NCBI GenBank assembly: GCA_963769715.1
Contig: CAVYNE010000015.1
Location: 89,960-153,959, forward strand
Length of the DNA stretch: 64,000 nucleotides
Direction: 5' to 3'
Source of the DNA: an uncultured Actinomycetes bacterium
GTDB lineage: Bacteria; Actinomycetota; Actinomycetes; Streptosporangiales; Streptosporangiaceae
The translations under genes and the position numbers were made by a program. This document shows, piece by piece, positions 58,344 to 64,000 of the stretch; within the stretch, counting starts at the first letter, position 1, and each line of letters opens with the position of its first letter. A model generated the notes under the pieces. It was not told the origin of the DNA and made no database searches. It saw nothing but the letters and a program-made list of their open reading frames with translations.

Positions 58344-58378
58344 GCCGAGCGCACGCTCGGCTTGGATTTGGTTTTCCC
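58344..58378 (+). terminator. Intrinsic terminator-like hairpin upstream of the TIR-SIR2 gene
   Basis: GCCGAGCG ca CGCTCGGC followed by TTGGATTTGGTTTTCCC. Confidence 0.5.
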
Positions 58379-58630
58379 GCTGTTGTTGACGGACGTGGTT
58401 GTTCAGCGGGCTTTCCCTGATACGCGGGCTTCTCTGCGCTGGGCCGGTGCCGGTTGCGGGCTGTACGCACGTGTCGGCCCGCGTCGGGTTCAGCGGCCGG
58501 AGCAGCGCGTCTTGGGTCGCGTTACACCCCAGGCTCTGGAAGCTCGGCGCTCGTGTCCGGGGATCGGCACAGTTTCTGTCGGGCTCCAGTCGGATCGGCA
58601 ACCCTAGACCAGGGCGCGCAGGGGCAGGGC

Positions 58631-60169
58631 ATGGATATGGGTGGCTCGCACGAGACCGAAGGCGGCTTTTCTGATACGCCGCCAGCCAAATCGCCACTTA
58701 GGGTCTTCATCAACTACCGCCACGAGGACACGCAAGGCACGGCGTGGGCGCTTTATATGAAGCTCGAGGTCCGGTTTGGCGCTGAGAACGTGTTCTTCGA
58801 CAACGGCACACTCCGGCCGGGGATGCTATGGCTGAACGAGATCAGATCCCATCTGGCCGACGGTGGCGCGTTCATCGCGCTGATTGGACAGAACTGGATG
58901 CCGAGCCTGAGAACTCATCTGCACCGCGGTGGCGAGGACTATGTCTCCAAGGAGATCGACCTTGCCCTGCGCAGCGGCCCACGAATGATCGTAATCCCCG
59001 TACTAGTGGACGATACCGAGCTGCCGAATCCTCGCGAGCTTCCGCCGTCATTGAGTAAGCTTTTGGATTGCCAGCAAGAGCGTTTGCGCCACACGCACTT
59101 GCGTCATGACATCGACCATCTGATTGCGCGCCTCGGTGAGGCTCGAGACGAACCGGAACCGGTCGTCGTGGGTCCTGTTCATCCACCTCGGCGGCGTACT
59201 GGGTCCGAGTTCGTTGCTCCGCGTCCTGATGAAGATCACTACCGAATGGTGGCCAGGCATGCCGGCAACCTCGTCGTCTTCCTCGGCGCGGGCGCGAACG
59301 CGGACCGCGATGAGCCCTGGTCGCCGGGCTCGGGGATGCTCCCCGACGACCGGGACCTTGCGAAGTACCTCGCGTCGCACGTTGGGCTGAAGGGCGCGCC
59401 CATGCACTTGGCTGAAGTCGCGCAATATGCGGGTGCGGTCTACGGTGAAACGGAATTGTTCGACTGGATCACTCAGGTTCTGAAGGTCGATTCAGAGCCG
59501 AGCCCTGTGCACAGATATCTCGCGCATCTTCCCGAACGACTAGGAAGACGCTGCCAGATGATTGTCACACCGAAGTATGACGCGGTGCTGGAAAAGGCAT
59601 TCAGGGAAGCAAACGAGGACTTCGACCTAGCCGTCTACATGGCCCCCGGGACAGAACAGGCAGGCAGGTTCGTCCACCTGCCATGGGGGGAGCTTCCGCG
59701 GCCAATCGACAAGCCCAACGAGTACGCGGGGTTTCCAATCGCCGCCGAGGACCGCAGGCTGCAGCGCACGGTGATCGTCAGAATCAGCGGCGCGGTTGAT
59801 GATCCGTCGGCAGGCTTCCCATGGGAAGACAATTACGTGATCACCGAGGATCACTATATTGACTACCTGAATGGCCGCTCGGCGGAGGAGGCCGTGCCCA
59901 GCCAGCTCCTCGCGAAGTTGAGGAAAGCAAACTACTTGTTCCTCGGCTACACGATCGCCGATTGGCGCCTCAGGGTCTTCCTGCAACGGATCTGGAAGGG
60001 CGCCAGACTCGGGCGCGCCAAGTACTGGGCGGTCGAGCAGGAGCCTGACGTGCTCGAGAGAGACCTCTGGCAGCAAGCGGGCGTCAGCCTCTACCAGAGC
60101 AGCCTGACCGATTACCTGAAGGGACTTTACGACTTCCTCGATGACCACCCCGGCGAAGCGCAGCGATGA
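58631..60169 (+). CDS. TIR-domain / SIR2-like (SIR2_2-type) two-domain protein
   Basis: TIR: LRVFINYRHEDTQG...ENVFFD...FIALIGQNW...DYVSKEIDLAL...VIPVLVDD. SIR2_2-like: NLVVFLGAGAN, IVTPKYDAVLEKAF, VIVRISGAVDD, NYVITEDHYIDYL, YLFLGYTIADWRLRVFL. Start chosen at ATG 58631, with the RBS weak. Confidence 0.85.
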   Translation: MDMGGSHETEGGFSDTPPAKSPLRVFINYRHEDTQGTAWALYMKLEVRFGAENVFFDNGTLRPGMLWLNEIRSHLADGGAFIALIGQNWMPSLRTHLHRGGEDYVSKEIDLALRSGPRMIVIPVLVDDTELPNPRELPPSLSKLLDCQQERLRHTHLRHDIDHLIARLGEARDEPEPVVVGPVHPPRRRTGSEFVAPRPDEDHYRMVARHAGNLVVFLGAGANADRDEPWSPGSGMLPDDRDLAKYLASHVGLKGAPMHLAEVAQYAGAVYGETELFDWITQVLKVDSEPSPVHRYLAHLPERLGRRCQMIVTPKYDAVLEKAFREANEDFDLAVYMAPGTEQAGRFVHLPWGELPRPIDKPNEYAGFPIAAEDRRLQRTVIVRISGAVDDPSAGFPWEDNYVITEDHYIDYLNGRSAEEAVPSQLLAKLRKANYLFLGYTIADWRLRVFLQRIWKGARLGRAKYWAVEQEPDVLERDLWQQAGVSLYQSSLTDYLKGLYDFLDDHPGEAQR

Positions 60170-63100
60170 GCGAGCTTCCAGGAACGGTTAGGCCTCGCGA
60201 CTGCCCGTACGTCGGCCTAGATTTCTACCAGGAGAAATTCGGTGCCTGGTTCTTCGGACGGGAGGCCGAGCGCGACAAGATCATCACTAACCTGCAGGCC
60301 GCCCGCCTGACGCTCCTGCACGCCGAGAGCGGCGTCGGCAAGAGTTCGCTGTTGCGCGCGGGTGTCGCGTGGCAGCTGCGCCGACAGATCACGCGCCGGG
60401 GAACCCTCCAGGGCGCAGCCGTTGACGTCCCGGTCGTCTTCAGCTCGTGGCAGGACGCTCCCGTCCTGAAGCTAGTCGGGGCGATCCGAGAGGCGATCGA
60501 GCCGTTGGTGACCGGCCATTCCGAGCCCGAGCTGCCGACCCATCGGCTCGACGCCGCAATCGAGGCGGCGGCCGACGTCGCGGACGCTGGCCTGCTCGTC
60601 ATCCTCGACCAGTTCGAAGAGTACTTCCTCTACCGTTCCCGAGAGCCCGTCCCCGAGCAGTTTGCTGATGAACTCGCCCGCTGCGTCAACCGGGCTGATC
60701 TTCCCGTCAATTTCCTTATCGCGATCCGCGAGGACGCGTATGCGGGCTTGGGTGACCTTTTCAAGGGCCGGATCGCCAACGTCTACGGAAATTATCTCCA
60801 CATCGACTACCTCGATCGGGCGTCGGCGGAGAGGGCGATCCGGCAGCCCCTTGCGGTCTACAACGGCCAGCCTGGCATAACTGAGCGCGTCGAGATCCAA
60901 GACGAGCTCGTCGAGGCGGTGCTCGACCAGGTAAGGGCCCATGATGTCAGCGACCTGGTCCAAGGCGAGGCGACGGCCGCTGACGGCGGCGGGCGTATCG
61001 CGACCCCGCTGCTGCAACTGGTGATGGAGACGATCTGGCAGCGAGATCGCGACGCGGGCTCCCGTGAGCTGCGGCTGGCGACGCTGCAGAACCTGCAGGG
61101 CGTCGAGAAGATCGTCGATACCCATCTTTGGAAGGCGCTCCGCGCCCTTGGCGGCCGAGAGCGCCAAACCGCGATCGACGTGTTCGACCACCTCGTGACC
61201 CCTTCAGGTGGGAAGATCGCGGAACCGGTCCCCGACCTGGCGCGTCGGACTGGTCACAGTGAGGAGCAGGTCGGCAGCGTCTTGGAGAAGCTCGATCATG
61301 CGCGTGTGGTCAGGCCACTCCCGGCGCCGCCGGGCCAGGATCCCCAGCGGTTCCGCCGCTACGAGATCTTCCACGACGTACTCACGCCGGCGATCAACCG
61401 CACGATCGCTGTACGTGAGGAGCGGCGCCGCGCGCGGCGGTTCCGACGCTTGACTGCGCTAGCAGTCAGCCTGCTGATCGTGACCACGGCGATCGGGGGT
61501 GGCATCTTCTACTTGTATCGCACTGCGATTACCCAGAAGCAGGCCGCGGATTCGGGCCAGTTGGCCGCAGCTGCGGACGCGAACCTCGCGCGCGATCCAG
61601 AGCTCAGCGCACGGCTGGCTCTGCAGGCACTGCGCCTGCGCTACACGAGCGCGGCGGAGGCGGCGCTGCGGGACGCGCTCCCCAAACTTCAGGCGGTGCG
61701 GACGTTCCAGGACGGGACTTTGGTGTTCTCGGCAGCATTCGATCCAGTCGACCCGAACAAGGTCGCCAGCGCCGATAAGGATGGAGCAGCCTGGATCTGG
61801 GACGTCCGGACCGAGCGCCGCCTTGTGCGCCTGGCACCCGTGGGCGCCTCCGGGAATGCTGGAACCGCCGACACTGTGGCCTACAACCCGGCCGGTACCA
61901 AGGTAGCGGTCGGCTATGCAAACGGCACGGTGGCCTTGTTCGACGCCGCCAGCGGGAAAGAGCGGCAGCCGATCACAGTCGGACCGGTAGTCACGATCAC
62001 GGTCGGACCGGTAGTCAAAGGTGTCCAGTTCGTCGGGAGCACCGGCGAGCTGGCGATCGCAACGCAGCGCGGTGTCGGCCTGTGGCTGCCCGAGTATGGG
62101 TCAAGGTGCTGCGACATCCTGTCGCGGACCGAGCAAGCAAACAGCATCGCCGTCGACCCAGGCAACCCGCTGGAGTTCGCCGTGGCCACGGACAATGGCA
62201 CGGTCATCTGGACCCTGCGAGGCGACCTAAGCCCCGCGCAACACAGATCGCTAGATACGCGCTCCGACAACGATGCGGAGTTCAATCCAGACGGCAGGGA
62301 AGTCGTAACCGCTGCCACCGACGGGAAAGTGCGGGTATACGACCTCGCCACCTTTCAGGAGAAAATGACCCTCGACGCGGGCGAGGCTAACGTCCTGAAT
62401 GCGGCGTTCAGTCCGGACGAAACGCGGATCGTGGCAGCGTACTCGAGCGGGACGGCGCGCGTATGGGACGCCTCAAGCGGACTCCCGTTGGCGCTGCTCG
62501 TCGGCCACGCCTCGTCTGCCGGGAGCGCCAGGTTCAACGCCGACAGCAACGAGGTGGTGACGGCAGGCAATGACGGCACGATCCGTGTCTGGCAGGCCCA
62601 GCCGCGCGAGCTGCGGACCGCGTTTCCCAGCTCGTTCAGCGGTGGCAGCCCGAACCTGCCGAACCCTGTTTATGCGGCCAAGTACAGTCCTGAGGGCGGC
62701 CGGATACTCACCGTTGACAGCTCGGGAGCTGCCTACCTGTTCACGGCCGGCGGCGAGCCGGTCTACTCCCACGGCCTGCCGGTCCTCATCTACCCCGGCG
62801 CGAAAGTGAACTCGGCGCGGTTCAATCGCGCCGGCACGGAGATAGTCACGGCCGACTCGGACGGGACGGTAAACCTGTGGAATGCCGGCGGCCCGGACTA
62901 CGCCCAGATCCGCCTTCCGGTACCGATCCACCTGAAGGGCCCGGCGGACTACGCCGATTTCGGTCCAGATGGGTCCCAAATGGTAATCGTGACCAGCGAT
63001 GACAAGGTGGAGGTACGAAGCACCCGGACCGGCCAGCTGCTGCGGACGCTCAATCCCCAGCACGGATTTCCCCTCTCGGTGGCCGTGTTCAGCCCAAACG

Positions 63101-63999
63101 GGCGACAGATCCTCACTGGGGATGGCAACGGCCAGGTGGAGATATGGGACGCCGCCACTGGACGCGAAATCCGGGTGCTTGACACACCTGGTCCCGTCAG
63201 CGACGTTGAATTCAACAGCCGCGGCAGCGAGTTCGTCACCACGTCTGATAGCGGCGCGGTAACTATGTGGTCCGCGCGCGACGACCGGCCGCTGAATGGC
63301 CCGTTCAATGCGTGCCCGACACCCAGCACAGCCTCGTTCAGCCCCGATGGCAGCAAGCTGGTGGTTGCCTGCGGGAACGGCAACGTGCCAGTGTTCAACA
63401 CCGTCACCGGCCAGCAGCTAACTGCGCTGCCGGCAACCAGCGCAGGGACTGCCAACAGTGCCGAATTCAGCCCGGACGGCAAGAGCATCGTCACGGCCAT
63501 CGGCGGCGAGGATAGCGGTGACGTGCGGGTCTGGAATACCGAGCTCGCGACAGCCTCGCTTCAGGCCCTCGAACTGGAGGCTGCCGGGAGCGCCGTGAAA
63601 CCGGGTTTCGCCTCGACCGCCAGTCCAGAGGCCGCGATCCTGAACGGCACCTGGACCGGCTCCTACGACTGCCCCCAGGGTGCGACCGGGCTCAGCCTTG
63701 TGATCCATGCGATCCCTGGCGGCACCCTCACGGCGGCATTTAACTTCTATGCCGTCCCGCATCACCCTAGTATTCAAGGCAGCTTCACGATGACCGGTAC
63801 CTACTCGGCCGCGGGAGTTGATCTGAGCCGGAGTCAATGGATCAGCATCAGCCAACCCTTCGAATACATCATGGTGGATCTCAGCGCTGGCCTGCCCGCC
63901 AAAGGCGGGACGGTCCTCAGCGGCCATGTCGCGACTCCAGGACTGAATGTTTGCACTACCTTCGCCGTGACAAAATCCGCTTCGAGCGGGTCAGGTTGA
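60166..63999 (+). CDS. nSTAND-type P-loop NTPase - hydrophobic helix - ~14 WD40 repeats - unassigned C-terminal domain (1277 aa)
   Basis: CPYVGLDFYQEKFGAWFFGREAE, Walker A ESGVGKSSLLRAG, Walker B LLVILDQFEEYF, PLLQLVMETIW, and hydrophobic LTALAVSLLIVTTAIGGGIFYLY. Repeated ...FSPDG...(V/I)(R/E)(V/I)WD... units. ATG 60166 overlaps the upstream stop (ATGA). Confidence 0.9.
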   Translation: MSELPGTVRPRDCPYVGLDFYQEKFGAWFFGREAERDKIITNLQAARLTLLHAESGVGKSSLLRAGVAWQLRRQITRRGTLQGAAVDVPVVFSSWQDAPVLKLVGAIREAIEPLVTGHSEPELPTHRLDAAIEAAADVADAGLLVILDQFEEYFLYRSREPVPEQFADELARCVNRADLPVNFLIAIREDAYAGLGDLFKGRIANVYGNYLHIDYLDRASAERAIRQPLAVYNGQPGITERVEIQDELVEAVLDQVRAHDVSDLVQGEATAADGGGRIATPLLQLVMETIWQRDRDAGSRELRLATLQNLQGVEKIVDTHLWKALRALGGRERQTAIDVFDHLVTPSGGKIAEPVPDLARRTGHSEEQVGSVLEKLDHARVVRPLPAPPGQDPQRFRRYEIFHDVLTPAINRTIAVREERRRARRFRRLTALAVSLLIVTTAIGGGIFYLYRTAITQKQAADSGQLAAAADANLARDPELSARLALQALRLRYTSAAEAALRDALPKLQAVRTFQDGTLVFSAAFDPVDPNKVASADKDGAAWIWDVRTERRLVRLAPVGASGNAGTADTVAYNPAGTKVAVGYANGTVALFDAASGKERQPITVGPVVTITVGPVVKGVQFVGSTGELAIATQRGVGLWLPEYGSRCCDILSRTEQANSIAVDPGNPLEFAVATDNGTVIWTLRGDLSPAQHRSLDTRSDNDAEFNPDGREVVTAATDGKVRVYDLATFQEKMTLDAGEANVLNAAFSPDETRIVAAYSSGTARVWDASSGLPLALLVGHASSAGSARFNADSNEVVTAGNDGTIRVWQAQPRELRTAFPSSFSGGSPNLPNPVYAAKYSPEGGRILTVDSSGAAYLFTAGGEPVYSHGLPVLIYPGAKVNSARFNRAGTEIVTADSDGTVNLWNAGGPDYAQIRLPVPIHLKGPADYADFGPDGSQMVIVTSDDKVEVRSTRTGQLLRTLNPQHGFPLSVAVFSPNGRQILTGDGNGQVEIWDAATGREIRVLDTPGPVSDVEFNSRGSEFVTTSDSGAVTMWSARDDRPLNGPFNACPTPSTASFSPDGSKLVVACGNGNVPVFNTVTGQQLTALPATSAGTANSAEFSPDGKSIVTAIGGEDSGDVRVWNTELATASLQALELEAAGSAVKPGFASTASPEAAILNGTWTGSYDCPQGATGLSLVIHAIPGGTLTAAFNFYAVPHHPSIQGSFTMTGTYSAAGVDLSRSQWISISQPFEYIMVDLSAGLPAKGGTVLSGHVATPGLNVCTTFAVTKSASSGSG
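61972..62019 (+). repeat. In-frame 24-bp tandem duplication (ITVGPVVT / ITVGPVVK) inside the WD40 region
   Basis: atcacagtcggaccggtagtcacg / atcacggtcggaccggtagtcaaa. Confidence 0.95.
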
Positions 64000-64000
64000 G

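Overview
High-GC actinomycete-type chromosomal window, densely coding on both strands. Many long ORFs in the six-frame track are GC-driven antisense shadows, which I rejected. I recognised no rRNA, tRNA or CRISPR array. All family calls come from motif recognition by eye; no searches were run.

The backbone is housekeeping and regulatory. It holds two convergent APC-permease paralogues with USP-like and OB-fold tails, a KdpD/KdpE-like pair, and a GAF kinase with a LuxR regulator. It also holds queA, serB, hppA, an anti-sigma kinase with a BldG-like STAS protein, and a DEAD/DUF1998 helicase. Further along are a candidate 6C sRNA, an EphE-like hydrolase, DUF309, a MarP-like protease, NUDIX, nth, three ECF-type sigma genes, a split LigD, murA, patatin, MFS and a FadD-like ligase. 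Gene order resembles the Streptomyces bldG / Mycobacterium topA-nth neighbourhood.

There are three accessory parts:
- A toxin-antitoxin islet right after serB: Phd/Doc, VapBC, an IS remnant and a DUF1214 pseudogene.
- A plasmid/ICE-derived module: Replic_Relax, a coupling protein and a J-domain gene, with apparent frameshifts and no integrase.
- A right-end locus from about 56.9 kb to the window end with visibly weaker GC3 bias.

The right-end locus contains a decayed SLOG-like gene and a WD40 gene remnant on the minus strand. On the plus strand it has an intact, translationally coupled two-gene operon. Gene A is a TIR domain fused to a SIR2-like domain whose two hallmark catalytic positions look substituted. 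Gene B is an nSTAND-type P-loop NTPase, a hydrophobic helix, about 14 WD40 blades and an unassigned C-terminal domain. This operon is my best candidate for an undescribed conflict/immunity system.
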